This document shows positions 14,300 through 28,269 of a stretch of DNA of 64,000 nt, one piece after another. The stretch is from Gracilinanus agilis (lineage: Eukaryota), in the NCBI RefSeq assembly GCF_016433145.1, contig NC_058132.1, positions 63,597,641 to 63,661,640 of the forward strand. Direction: 5' to 3'. Below the pieces are notes generated by a model that made no database searches, was not told where the DNA came from, and saw only the letters and a program-made list of their open reading frames with translations. How positions within the stretch are numbered: the first letter of the stretch is position 1; every line of letters starts with the position of its first letter. The position numbers and the translations under genes are program-made.

Positions 14300-14868
14300 A
14301 GTGGGGGTTTTTGTCCCCAAAGCTGGGTTCTTTGGGTTTACCAAAGACCGTCTTGCTGAGGTCGCTTACCCCTAGTTTATTCCACTGATCCTCCCTTCTG
14401 TCTCTTTGCCAGTACCATATTGTTATGATGACCACTGCTTTATAGGACAGTTTAAGATCTGGTACTGCTAGGCCACTTTCCTTCATATTTTTTTTCATTA
14501 TTTCCCTTGATATTCTTGGTCTTTTGTTCTTCCAAATGAACTTGTCATAGTTTTTTGGTAATTTAATAGGTATGGCACTAAACAAGTAAATTAATTTGGA
14601 TAGAATAGTCATTTTTATCATGTTAGCTCATCCTACCCATTAGCACTCAATGTTTTTCCAATTGTTTTGATCTAGTTTTAATTGTGTGGAAAGGGTTTCA
14701 TAGTTGGGTTCGTATAATTTCTGCATTTGTCTTGGCAGATAGATTCCTAGGTATTTTATATTGTCTAGTATGATTTTGAATGGAATTTCTCTTTCTAACT
14801 CTTCCTGCTGTGATGTGTTGGAAATATATAGAAATGCTGATGATTTATGTGCATTTGTTTTGTATCAG
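14300..14868 (-). mobile_element. LINE-1 ORF2 fragment (post-RT region)
   Basis: ORF 14250-14621 reads MTILSKLIYLFSAIPIKLP...FIWKNKRPRI...GLAVPDLKLSYKAVVIITIWYW...DQWN, typical of L1 ORF2. Confidence 0.95.
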
Positions 14869-14987
14869 TAGGGACCTATTTAACCTAAGGCCTTGGACCC
14901 AAGGAAAGAATTATGACTACTTTTCATTTTAGTTGGATAGTTTGTGTTTGAAGATGGAAGCATGGGCAAGAATACTTGGACTTCTAG

Positions 14988-15317
<330 letters not shown>

Positions 15318-16520
15318 TAGGTCCCAGGAGGAAGCCAGTGTCTTGAGCATCAGTAGTAGTAGGACAAATATCCTGTAATAGGGGTTTCCTGAAACTCTCT
15401 TCATGTTTTTTTCATGGCAACAAGGAAACAAGTTTGAGAGGCACCTCACTCTGTTGTAGGCCTTCCTCTTCCCAATATGGGCAAAAGCTGAAGTCTTTAA
15501 CAAACCAACCTGAGATTTGAAACCAATTATGTTTCTTGGACTCCTCTGCCATAGAGACAAATCTCCAATCAGCTTTGTCCACACCTTCAAGTTCTTATTT
15601 TCAAAAAAATAAAGGCTCCACCTTTGCCAGCAAGAGATATTTCCCAAGAATTGTTTCTTTCCCCCTTCACCTGAAATCAGGACTCCATTGTGCCATTTCT
15701 CTGGTTGTTTCACACCTACAGAGATGAGCTTATCATAGAGACAGTAGGCACAGATGAAGTGGGGGAAAAGAGCATAAGGAACTACAATAGCCAGGAATAC
15801 TAGAAGTCTCTCTAGAGTTACTATATCTAGCCTTTTCCTACCCCTAACCTGCTAGTCACATTATTTTTCTCTCCCAAAATTTCATGTTTTTTTCTGCAGG
15901 GATGTTGAGAAATTAGAAGAAATTCAGCTCCCTAAATCAGGGCTTATGGAGAGTTTCCTTCATTTTTTGGTTTCTTAGTTTGAGAAGAATGACCAGGATA
16001 TGGTCTTACACGTAAAGCAGGGATCCCTTGCAGACCTGAAATAGATACCTGACTATTAAATGTATTAAATATGTTGAACTGGGGGTTGGAGAAATTAAAA
16101 GCAGGAGTTTCTTTAGGAGGGGAGGGTGCCAGGACAGGAGTTCTCTTTGCCATCTTCCAAGAGGAACATAATATAACGAAAAGAATACTGAATTTTGCAG
16201 AGATTCAAGTTTTGGTTCTACAGCTTGGCTATATGCCCCTAAGCAAGTTATTTCCCTTCAGTGGGCCTCTTCAGGAAGGTAATGATCTGAAAAGGCTCTT
16301 CTGCCTTGAACATTCTATGTGTTACCTAAAAAGCACATTGCAAACCTGTCCCTTAATAAATGGGAAGAAAGCTTCTATTGATTCCTGTTAGTGGTGCTTC
16401 CTGAGCTATGGCAGAATCCATAGCAAGACCATTTTGTCATGGCGACAACACAACTATTGCTCAATTGTCTTTTCTTGTGGTAAGAAAATGTTGTGTCTTG
16501 GCTCCAGTGCCCACCAACAC

Positions 16521-16668
16521 NNNNNNNNNNNNNNNNNNNNNNNNNNNNNNNNNNNNNNNNNNNNNNNNNNNNNNNNNNNNNNNNNNNNNNNNNNNNNNNN
16601 NNNNNNNNNNNNNNNNNNNNNNNNNNNNNNNNNNNNNNNNNNNNNNNNNNNNNNNNNNNNNNNNNNNN
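16521..16668. other. Assembly gap (148 N)
   Basis: N run. Confidence 1.
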
Positions 16669-16862
<194 letters not shown>

Positions 16863-18467
16863 TAAGTGGGGATGGGAAACTCAATCTTGCTTGTCCCTTT
16901 TGGTACCATTTAGCCATCATTTGGCAGCAGGGGTCCTCTGCACTGTTGGCCAGCTACCTTGCCCATAGGCCCCAGAAATCTCCATAAGGATTGATTTGTT
17001 GACACAAAACAACCTCTTGCTGCAATTACCATAGAATCAGAATCTTAGATCTGGACAATTCAGACCTTAGAGAGCTTGTTATGCAACCCCAGTGGCATCT
17101 AGTGGTTATCCAGGGGCTATGTTAAATATTTCACTGCTGAGGGAAAGACTCGTTTCTCATGTCCTTTCAAATGCATACACTTTCATTCATTCCCTCTTCT
17201 ACTCCCTCTCCCTCACCTCAACCTAAGGAAATCATCATTGACAGATTTCAGAATTTCTACTTTATTTCAGTTCAGCCTTAACTACTATTTGGAACTTCCT
17301 GTGTTGAATATAACAGTTGCCTTTGGAGACTGAAGAGGGAGACACTTCTTAACGTTTTTTTCATAGAGCTTTTCTGAAGGGACTGCTATTCTGTCTGGCC
17401 AAAGCAAGCAGCTTATAGGTCTTATTTCTTTTCTAAACTGGTTCCAAATGGGAGTAATTAACCCAACCTTTCTTAAAGCACCTATAGATCCTTGGTAGTC
17501 TTTCCTTTTTGTTTTTTGACATGAGTTATTTCTAAACATCTCTTATCCAGACTGAATCCTACCTTGTAACAAAAGCATTCAACCAGAATATCAGATGCAG
17601 TGATCACACCTTGCCTGATAGTTATTCTGCCTATAGTTTTCCTTTTCTGCCATGAGAAGGGAGATGTGTATTGTCACTTCTCCAAGACTGTTACTCAAGA
17701 ATTCAACTTCTTGGTCCTGGTAAACTGTACTAGATGTCTGTTTCAGCTTTGAGGTTCTATAATAACTGGCTCTCACACATTGCCCATTTCAGTTTTCAGG
17801 AAATGATTATACCACAACCCACTTTCTTCCCTATTTCTCTAATCTCAACTAAGCTGACATTGATACCCTTCGTGTCTTTTCCATGGTGTAGTTACTAGTT
17901 CATTGGCCTGAGAGTCAAGCAATCTGTGTCCTAGCCTAGGTTCTGCCACTGAGTACTGTAACCTATGAGCCTATGTCCTATCTATAAAAGGCCTTCCAAC
18001 TCTAAAGTCCAATTCTATTTAGTTTGTGGGAACCTGTAAAGGCCCAGGTGTCTGGCTATAATGCCTTTTCCTCTGAACATGACCCAGAAGTACCTTTGAC
18101 TCAGACCCAATTAAGAAGATGCCATATGATTTAAAGCTCCATACTGAGACTTCTTCCACTATTATATCTGTCCTCTTTCCTATCTTGATGGCCCAAATCC
18201 TCAAATCCTCCCAAGTGCAGTGAGTTTTCCCCAGCTTTTCTTTTGTGTTCACAAGTTTTCTAGGCCAATTACTAAAAAACTCATTCTCTGAAAATTCTTG
18301 GTTGTCTGTTTTGGGTTTTCATTATTGTATACTCAGTTTTAGCCTTCATCAAACCTGTTCTATTATCACCTCATTATACTTATATGGGTTGTATAACGAA
18401 GCATCTATTTCCTAGGTATCTGGGTGCCTGTCCTTTAATAAATAGCTCCCATTATTCAACACATAAT

Positions 18468-18955
18468 TGTAATAGTTAAAAAGGTTGTGTGGTTGCTGAT
18501 TATAATAATTAAATATTAAGTTACGAGGCTGTTAGTAGCTTTTAACAATTTAGTTAATTAAAATAGAGATATATAGTAGTAAAAGAGGGAAATGTGGGAA
18601 GGAGGTAGAAAATATTGTCTAGCTAAATATCCTATAATTGCTGATCCAGCTCATTGCCCACAAAGGCTCCCCCAAATCCTAGTGCGTGCGAATCCAAATG
18701 CGAATGTGAATTCCCCACTTCGTGTTGAGTCTCTCTCACCTTATAAACATTTTTCTCCACCCATTAGCTCTCTCACATCCCATGTCACACCTCAGTTTCC
18801 AATCGTATTTTCTTTATTTGTCTGGTACTGCCCAGTAGGGCAGTGGTTGTGAGATCTATTTCCTGTTTCTTAGGTTTCTACTTCCTTTCACTTTGGGCTG
18901 GTCTACCCCTGCACATCTCAATGGTAAAGGACCTCCAGGTTCCTGATTGATTACA
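18468..18955. mobile_element. Probable solo LTR
   Basis: TGTAA...TTACA inverted termini and LTR-like composition. TSD not clean. Confidence 0.5.
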
Positions 18956-19608
18956 TTAAAAGACAAAAAGGAAGATAATTCTGTTTTCACATTATGTATT
19001 CATACACACACAAACACTCCACCCCCACAGTTAATTCTCAGCCCTATAAGTTGTAGATAGTGTTAATGTTCTTGTCCTTATTTTCCCAATGAATTGGAGG
19101 CTATTGAGGGAAAAGTGACTTGCCCAAAACCACTCTCCTAATAGGTTTTAGAGTACCTGAGTTCCAGTCCCATCTCTGCTGCTTACTCTCTGTATTACCT
19201 TAGACAAGTCACCTTTTCTCTCCTCATCTGTATAGCTTTGGATTTAGATGATTCTAAGGTCTTATCCAGCTCTAATTACCAAGATTCCTTTCCACCAGTG
19301 TCTCATTGGTTTCCCCTTATTTTCATGATAGGAAGTTTATATTTATTTGTATTATCCTTCCTGTCAAGCCAACTCCCAGGATCCCCCTGGAATAAGCCCT
19401 CAGCACACTCTTTCCTAGAATTGCTGAAAAACAAAATAGCTTAAGAAAGAATCCCGTTTGCCCCCTAGGGAAGGACAAATGAGCAATGAGGTAGCCAAAA
19501 GCTGACAGCAGGATTAACAGAAGACCTGCATTCTCAGTCTATGGGTAGTGAAGCACCAGCTGTCTAAATTCCCTATCAAAATGTCAGCCCCTGTCTCTTA
19601 CTCCCTGA

Positions 19609-19737
<129 letters not shown>

Positions 19738-20621
19738 TGGCCCTTTCTGTGGAGCCCTATATATGATATGGCCCTTTCTTTATTATAAGCTGTCTCACAG
19801 CAGATACTTCTGCCTTGCAGTTAGAAATATCCTTCCACAATGGAAAACACTGACAGGCTAGAAATGGGGCGAAGAGAGAAAAATCGAAATGCTTCCCCAC
19901 ACTTCAAACCTTAGCAAAACTTTTTAAGGACAGTGTTCTAAGCATAGTTTTTGAGTTGAGGGTTTGCAGGTAATCAGTCATGTTGCTTTGATTGTTTTCT
20001 GTTGAAAGAGGTGGGAGTTTTAGTTTTCTTCGCCATGTGAAAATAGGCCCCAGACTGATGACTAGCTTCACTGCACTATCTACCCAGCTCCTGGTCTCAC
20101 TGGGCACATGCAGTATGTCCCTTAGACTCAGCTGCTTCCTTGCAGGGGGTCAGGGTGTTGGGGAGCCTTGAGGTTCACAGCACCAGTCATAAACTAACAT
20201 TTGCCCCCTGCCCTCATGCACCAATACTCAGCTGTGCTCAGGTCTCCTATAGGTCCCAGAGCTCCAGCTTTATGAACAGGCTGCTGCTGGCAGGCCAGGG
20301 CTTTTTTTTTTTTCTTGAACACATTTTGTAATACTGTAAAGAAACTAAATCCTTCCACCACCCCCCCAGGATCCTTGTGGCCTCCTCATCATCATGGCAT
20401 TATGTCTTGTTCCACTGCCATTGAGGGATCTCAGCAGGGAAGAGGAAGAGGGGAGGGGGCTGTGCTTCATTTGGGGCCACTTTTTCCCATATCTGAACCC
20501 ATTAGGTCATGCCAAAGTCCTCGCCCAACACACAATGCATGACCCAGCCTTCCTTGGGACCTCCTTCAGTAAAGGTGTGTGCACGTGTGTGTGGTGTGTT
20601 TGGGTTGAAGCACTACCTGGC

Positions 20622-20627
20622 ATTAAA
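20622..20627 (+). terminator. MTFR1L: Probable MTFR1L polyadenylation signal (ATTAAA)
   Basis: ATTAAA followed about 20 nt later by a GU-rich tract (tatgtttgttgtgtatgtggtg), implying a 3'UTR of about 0.9 kb. Confidence 0.5.
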
Positions 20628-23134
20628 GAAAATTTTTGAGTGGTTACTATGTTTGTTGTGTATGTGGTGCACATTGAGAGATTCACCTAAATCATTTCTA
20701 CAGCCTAAATCTACCATTTCTCCAGATATGAAATCATAAACCAAGTCCACTTTCTAGCTGCTTTCCACATAGCATAAATTGAAACAGAAAAAATACTAAG
20801 CTAGACACTGCTTGTGTCCTGCCAATAACTGAATATTCTGACCTTAGACAAGATCATTATTTCCCTTCTGAATCTCCAGTGATCTTGTATGCAAATTGCA
20901 CAAGTCCATTCTCAAATTATTACCCCATCTATCCCTCCTACCCAGGATAGGAAGTTGTCTTCCTTGGCTTTCTATCCCCCACCCCTTCTCCATAAGCTAA
21001 AACCAAGTGGTATATCTGACTTCATTTAACTTCTGTCCCACTAGTACCTGGTCAGAATATTGTGTTGGGTCCTAGCCACTATCAGTAAATAGTAAGCACT
21101 GAGCTAAACTCAAACCCTATTTGTGTGACCCCAGGGCAAGTACACTTCAGTTGTGAGGATCAAGTAAGATAAGCTTTTAAAAGCACAATGTGTGGCACAG
21201 AACAGGCCTTATAAAAATTCTTAATCTTCCATAGGACAGAAAAAACTCCTTTTTTGGCAAGGATAAATTACAAAAGGACAATGTTTTAGAGCACCAAACT
21301 GATGGTCTAAATCTACTTTAGGTATATTATTTTTGGACCTCCAATTCTTCCCACCTATGGAAGCTAGAGACCAAGTGCCCATACTGCAACCCTCATCCCC
21401 AGATGTGAGCCAAATCCCCCCCTTTACCCCAGCCAGGGAGAGTTCCCATTGGGCTGCTGGGCAGAGGGGCAGGTCATATGAGAAATGTCCTTGGGTGTGT
21501 GTGGAGAGGGGGAAGGGTGCAGCCCTCTGTGACACACTGGCTTTGACTGCAGTCAGCATTGGTGAAGGAAATATGCTCGAGACTACAGATCTATAAAAAT
21601 AAGGGCTTCAAATTAAAAACAGGGTGATTTTTCTCTTTTGAGGGGTGCATTCTTGGTGACCTTTTAAAGTAGAGCTATCACATCAAAGGCCAACCTCACC
21701 TCCATATGACCCACTGATTTCCAACTACTGACCTACTAGAGAATGTTTAGAGCCCAGGAAAAGTAGGGGAGGGTCCACTTAGAATCACAGAATCTTAGAC
21801 TGAGCTGATGGTATCCCTAGAGACTATCTAGTTCAATCCACTTGTGTTTGTTTTTTTTTTTTATTAACCTCATTACAACTTTAACATTCAACAAAAAATA
21901 AGGAATTGAATAGCAAACCAAACCATAAAATCTGAACCATTTTTATTTTAAACAATTATTTGCTCTGTTTCTCCTTCCGATTTCTATACTTAGTTTTGTT
22001 GCCATTTTTCTAGCTACACATTTACAGACTGCAGGGAGCTAGAACAGAGAAGAGATTCCAGTTCTATAGGACACAAATCTGAAATACTACTCTTCTAGAG
22101 AAGGAACTGACTTTGAACTTGGGACATAAACCACATTCCAACTCCAAAAGTCTGGCATTACTAAGCAGTGGGGTTAAGATATGGATTATACTTTTAGCAT
22201 AACTGCTGTGTGACTACAGGACAAATTATTTTACTTCTGTTCCTCAACCTCACAATTCATGCCCTAATTTGCCTAACAAAGCTTTTGGGTACGTGCATGT
22301 TTCTGAAACCCAACGCTTCCTCTGGGGCTATCAAAGTCCCTAGCATTTGGAAATGCTTGAGTTGTTTTGGTTTGGTTCTGAGTATGTCTCCAATCCTAGA
22401 AACAGGTTTATCAAAAACAAATTATAAGGAAGAATCATGGACCACACTTTCCACTTGAGTTTCAACTCAGCTGGAGCCAGCTCTTACCCCAGGATAAATG
22501 TAACACAAAGTTCCAGAGAGCAAGGCTTAAGATCTATAGATGAGGACATAACTGATGGAATTACAGCCAGAGGTGAAAGCAGCTGCAAACTAGTTTAGAA
22601 GTCAGACACAAAGCAATGGAAAGGTTCAAGTCAAATCTTGCAGGTTTTCTGCAGAGACAGAGTAAGAACAGTCTACATCAAAATGCTTTGCTTTGAGTAA
22701 CTGCCATGGTCATTCCACAGATCTCTTTGAAAGGAAATAGCCTACAGGTATACACTGAAAAATAACACCAATGCTAAGCCACACTCAGTTTTGATATTAG
22801 CTAGATTTAGAAGATGTGACCTATATTCAGATCAGTCCATTAGCTCTCTTTCATGAAGAGCTATGAAACCAACAATTCAGAGAAAGGATGGCTGCCAAAC
22901 TGTCTTCCAAAACTACTCCCTCAACAAGTGAGAATGTCTTTTTTATTTATGTTCCCAAAGAAAAAGCTCATAAGATGAAGCTAAACACTAGACTGCTTCC
23001 ATTCCTTCAAATCCAGAACCAGGGCCTACTTTTAAGACCACCACCCACCCTCACCAAATGACTACACGAGGTTATTGATGTTTTTTCTATCATCTGGATA
23101 CTTTAAGGGTTAAACATCCTGTCATCAAAACAGT

Positions 23135-23973
23135 TCAAGAGAAGCAGTGTTTGATAACCCTGTTTCCTTGAGAGTCCTGGGTAAAGAGCATATCAGGTTG
23201 GGAATTTGACTGAGAGGGGCCCACCACAGATCTGCCCTGGCATTGAACCTGGGGACTGAGGGATGTATGCAGGGGCTTTCTCAAAAGGTTGGCTACATCT
23301 TGGAAAGGGGCTCGAGATGAGTGAGCAATGACCCTCTGGCCCTGAGAATCCTCTGTGAACAACTGGCTCCTCAGGTCTGTATCACACCTCTCACTATTCC
23401 AAGAAAAGGCCTGACTGGAGCAGGATCTTTGTTCTACTAACTCTGTGTCCTCTCCCCTCCAGGACTCCCCGTTTTCTCCTTTCCCTGCCTTGCTTTTTTG
23501 GGAGCCTTGGGGAAGGACAGAGAATTGTTTGTTTTCTTTAGTAAATACTTTCCTTTCTGCCCTCTCTACTAGGCACTCCTTCTCTTGCCCTGGTCTATAA
23601 CGTATCCCCCCACCCCCTATTTCATGGGCTAGCACACAAAGGTCTTCTGAGTTCTGGGTGAAGGCAAAACCCACCTCAGCAGAACCTACAATCTCTGACT
23701 TGGGCAGAGGCAGTTTCTGGTCTTGGCTACTGAGCACAGCTGGTCTTGCCTCTCTGCAACAGTCAGATACCTCCTTGGAAGATGGAGGAGGGCAGATGAG
23801 CTCCTGAGGTTCTTTAGTGACTGAAGCCGCTGTAGTTTCAGGATACTGGGCACAATGATTCCCAGGAGTCAATGGAGGAGGATCCAACCACATCACATCT
23901 CTTTTTTGTTCTTTCCTTCTCTGACTTGCTGTACCAGGAGAAGGCCTTCCCTGCCCACCATCACTTGCCTTTC
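23135..23973 (-). CDS. AUNIP: AUNIP coding exon 3 (Aurora kinase A and ninein interacting protein)
   Basis: Acceptor ttgtttttcag| before 23973, in frame with ORF 23135-23896. Contains AUNIP hallmarks SQLFTEDSQGQRVIAH..RAPFQDV and LFTQDSQGNRVIKH. TGA at 23137-23135. Confidence 0.95.
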
Positions 23974-24765
23974 CTGAAAAACAACAAATCTAAACAAGTC
24001 TAGTGGTCTGACTAAAAGGCAGCTACATACTGATCACTGCAGGGATATCCAAGCCTCTGTGAGGCTTGACATTTAAAAAATAAACCACCATGGAAAAATT
24101 CTTATCATTTTACAGGAAGTCTTTGGATCCCTATAGCCTGCATAGGATCAGCCTACAAACAGCTTGATTTCTTCATAGGATGCACATGAATTTCTCATTA
24201 CACAACAGATTTTCCCCAAAAGCTGCACATAAATCAGACTATTTTGATATTTTAAAATTCCATTTTACCAATGAGTTGGCACCAAGATCATTCTGAAAAA
24301 CAGTTGACATCTATTAAAATGTAAATGTGAGTTACCTTATTGCTATCCTAGGATGGATTTCAGGAGAACAAAGACTTGGTACTCTGCTAAATAACTGACC
24401 AGTGATAAAATGAGTAAGGGGTAGGACTGAGACTAAAACCCTTTCCTGACTTCCTGCCCCATATGTTTTCACTGTACCATATTGCCTTTTTTTTTTTTTT
24501 AAACCCTTACCTTCCATTTTAAAATCAATACTATGATTGGTTCTAAGGCAGAAGAGCAGGGGAAACTAAGGCTTAAGAGACTTAAGAGTGTGGCTCCCTT
24601 AGGGTTATATACCTAATAAAAGCATAGAGCTAGGTCTTGAACCCAAGCCTCCTAATTCTAAATGCCATTTGTGCTCCTTTCACTAAAGAATAGTTGCCTA
24701 TACATTTCATTTCTTGGATTCTAGAATTAAAGTGAATTCTAAGTGCCCTCCAAAATGGTTAGTAC

Positions 24766-24907
24766 CTGACTTTGAAGTAAAAAATGATGCAATGACAGTC
24801 TGCCTGGTACCCACAGGTTGAGTTCTTCTTTGAGTAAAACCAACAATAGTTTCTCTCTCACCTCCAACTGGAGGCAGCATTCTGGTGATGGGATTGGATA
24901 ATCGAGT
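24766..24907 (-). CDS. AUNIP: AUNIP coding exon 2 (TRLSNPITRML...RQTVIASFFTSKS-G)
   Basis: 142 bp with cttttag| acceptor and G|gtac donor. Open frame aligns with human THLIKPGTKML...FTQRR...IASFFT. Phases join exons 1 and 3 into a 1062-bp CDS (353 aa). Confidence 0.93.
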
Positions 24908-25892
24908 CTAAAAGGGGGGAAAAAAGATCGTCAAACCTAAAGATGTAAAACATCAGCTGTAAAGAAGACAATAGTTAATTCCTTTGTTCTAGTATAGTAA
25001 ATTGGTCCCTCTAGACTCAGTCGATTTTATTCTATGTTCTGGCAACTTACTTCAAGTACAAACCCTGTACTTCTTATATCTGCCTTATAGCCAGTTTTTT
25101 AGGGAGTAGTTTATAATAGTAGTGTATAATAGCCCAGCTGTTTCCTTCCTCTAAAATATTCAGGCTAATTTCAAAACCAGAGTTTTGGGGGAAGATTTCA
25201 AATATAATACCATTAATACTACTAACCACGATCATTAGAACCATATATTTTGAGATGTTTTCCCAATAGAAGTAATGGTCAATAGCCACTCCCTCGATAC
25301 TGCCTGGAATGACAACAAAAGGAAATACTTCTGAACTCTAATAAGCTCCTGGTTCTAACATATAATTACTTAGTCACAAAGTATCTCCGATATCTCTCCA
25401 TCTCCCAAAGTATTTATGTGTTAGATGTATTAGAAAGAATTTCTTTCCCAAAAAGATCTTTAAAAAAAAAAGCCCAAAAGAAAAATAGGCAAACAGTCCT
25501 GCTTTGAAAGTTACATGTTGAACTTATTATATACTTGAAAAGAAAAAGTATATATTAGAGTTGCATGTAAAAATCTTCTTTTTCTGTTCTACTATGTATA
25601 TGAAAAACTTGTTTTAGTTTTGAATTGTTTAAAAATTTTTTAACTCTTACCTTCTGTCTTAGTATTGGTTCCAAGGCAGAAGAGTGGTAAGGGATAGGCA
25701 ATGGGGATTAAATTACTTCCCCGGGAAGTATCTGAAACCAAAATTGAACCCAGGACTTTCATCTCTGGGCCACCTAGCTGCCCCTTAAAATTAAGAAGAG
25801 AAGGGAGGGGAGGGGAGAAGAGGGAGGAGAGGGGAGAAAAAAAAAGAAAGAAGAAAAAAAGAATCTAAGTTAACCACCCATTTCTATTACAA

Positions 25893-26265
25893 CGAATTCA
25901 TAGTCGTACTATAATTCTAGCTTGAGGCCTACAATTAATTCTACCACTGATATGTACATGATGACTACTAGCTAGCCTAGCTAACCTAGCCTTACCCCCA
26001 TCCATCAATCTCCTAGGAGAACTAACAGTCATTATCTCATCGTTCTTATGATCCAACTTTTCCATTCTCCTCCTAGGAATTAACACAGTTATCACCGCCC
26101 TATACTCCTTATACATGCTTATTACCTCCCAACGAGGGAAATTTACCCATCATCTCATCCCCATCTACCCATCCCTCACACGAGAACATATACTAATGAT
26201 CCTTCACATCTTACCACTAATTATACTATCACTTAACCCAATATATATCCTAGGAATAACATACT
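25893..26265 (+). pseudogene. MT-ND4: NUMT MT-ND4 3' fragment
   Basis: In mitochondrial code reads RIHSRTMILA(W)GLQ...[22 protein letters not shown]...TREH with no frameshift. The conserved ARGLQ arginine codon appears as TGA (CGA>TGA) at 25923. Confidence 0.95.
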
Positions 26266-26334
26266 GCAAATATAGTTTAACAAAAACATTAGATTGTGAA
26301 TCTAAATATAGAAGTTTAAACCTTCTTATATGCC
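26266..26334 (+). tRNA. MT-TH: NUMT tRNA-His (mitochondrial pseudo-tRNA)
   Basis: Cloverleaf with anticodon stem TTAGA/TCTAA, GTG at 26296-26298, and one A:A mismatch in the acceptor stem. Confidence 0.92.
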
Positions 26335-26391
26335 GAGAAAGTATCAAGAACTGCTAACTCCTGAGACCATAACTAAAATTATGGCTTTCTC
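26335..26391 (+). tRNA. MT-TS2: NUMT tRNA-Ser(AGY), D-armless
   Basis: GAGAAAG...CTTTCTC acceptor stem, AAGAACTGCTAACTC anticodon arm, GCT at 26353-26355. Confidence 0.92.
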
Positions 26392-26462
26392 ACTTTTAAA
26401 GGATAGCAGTAATCCATTGGTCTTAGGAACCAAAAACTTTGGTGCAACTCCAAATAAAAGTA
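26392..26462 (+). tRNA. MT-TL2: NUMT tRNA-Leu(CUN)
   Basis: ACTTTTA...TAAAAGT acceptor stem, TTGGTCTTAGGAACCAA anticodon arm (TAG), and a canonical GGTGCAACTCC T arm. Confidence 0.93.
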
Positions 26463-28269
26463 ATTAATCCTATTCTCAATTCAACAGCTCTACTATCAAT
26501 TATACTACTAACACTACCTATCCTACATAACCTCATATTTCCTAATAAGACTAAACACTTTCCTTCCTATTGCAAAAACATAATTATATTAGCCTTTTTC
26601 GCCAGCCTACCTCCACTATTTACTTTTATCTACAATGGCCAAGAATCAATCATCACTAACTGACACTGATTCTCAATCCACTCATTCTCCATCTCAATAA
26701 GTTTTAAACTTGACTTCTTTTCCATCATCTTTATCCCCATTGCCCTATTTGTAACCTGATCCATCCTTGAATTCTCCCTCTGATATATACACGCTGACCC
26801 TAATATCTCCCGATTTTTTAAATACCTAACTACCTTCCTTATAACAATGATCATCTTAGTTTCAGCCAACAACCTATTCCAACTTTTCATTGGATGAGAA
26901 GGCGTAGGAATCATATCCTTTATACTCATCGGTTGATGGTACGGACGAACAGACGCTAATACCGCAGCCCTCCAGGCCATCCTATATAACCGCATTGGAG
27001 ACATTGGGTTTATACTATCCATAGCCTGACTAATACTAAATAACAACTCATGAGATCTTCAGCACATCTTCTCAACCAACATAGATACTATTGCCCTCCT
27101 TGGCCTAATTATTGCAGCCACCGGAAAATCTGCCCAATTTGGGCTTCACCCTTGACTCCCTTCCGCCATAGAAGGACCAACTCCCGTATCAGCCTTACTC
27201 CACTCCAGCACTATAGTAGTAGCCGGAATCTTCCTCCTAATCCGATTTCATCCTATAATCGAAAACAATCAAATTATTCTCACAACCGCTCTATGCTTAG
27301 GGGCCATAACAACTCTGTTCACAGCCATCTGCGCAATTACACAAAACGATATCAAAAAAATCGTAGCCTTTTCAACATCTAGTCAATTAGGTCTAATAAT
27401 AGTTACTGTAGGCCTCAACCAGCCTCACCTAGCATTCTTACATATCTGCACCCATGCTTTCTTCAAAGCAATGCTATTCCTATGCTCTGGATCTATCATC
27501 CACAGTCTTAATGACGAACAAGACATTCGAAAAATAGGAGGACTATTTAACTCAATACCTATCACATCCTCTGCCTTAATAACAGGCAGCCTTGCACTCA
27601 CAGGAACCCCTTTTCTAGCAGGCTACTACTCAAAAGACTCAATCATCGAAGCCCTAAATATATCATACACAAACTCGTGAGCCCTCATTATAACACTAAT
27701 TGCCACTTCCTTAACCGCTATCTACAGCCTACGTATTTATCTTCTATGCCCTCTTAGGCTACCCCCGATTTACACCAATAACCCCAATCAATGAAAACAA
27801 CCCTAACCTAATTAACCCTATTATACGACTCGCTCTAGGAAGCATTTTTGCAGGCTTCATCTTAACAGCTAACATTCCCCCAACATCATCCATCTCCATA
27901 ACCATGCCAACCATAATCAAACTATCTGCCCTAATAGTCACCCTTCTAGGCCTTTTAATCGGCATAGAACTAAACTCTCTTAGCAATAAACTCATAAACA
28001 CAACTAACCATACTGTCTTCTTCTCTAATTTACTAGGCTACTTCACTCACATTATTCATCGAATGACTCCCCTAATAAACCTATTTATAGGTCAACGAAT
28101 TGCTACCATACTAATTGATCTTAATTGATATGAGAAAGCAGGACCTAAAGGTCAAGCTTATACTCACTCCTTAGCATCTTCAAAACTTTCCTCAGCTCAA
28201 AAAGGACTAATAAAAACATACTTCCTATCTTTTCTTGTCTCAATAACACTCATTCTAGCACTTATATAA
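26463..28269 (+). pseudogene. MT-ND5: NUMT MT-ND5, full length with one +1 frameshift
   Basis: ATT start at 26463 (or ATA at 26454), TAA at 28267-28269. In mitochondrial code the frame is open except for an extra T at 27736-27738 (cgtatttatc versus RIIFY). Motifs [36 protein letters not shown] and HAFFKA are present. Confidence 0.96.

Noticed and set aside
16491-16520. CLGSSAH just before the gap, resembling human MTFR1L CFGSSFH
   Set aside because: The upstream sequence does not match the exon and has no acceptor, and the spacing to the post-gap coding sequence is wrong. Treated as coincidence.
17092-17105. CTCF-like CCACTAGATGCCAC on the minus strand
   Set aside because: Mismatch at the conserved GGC position.
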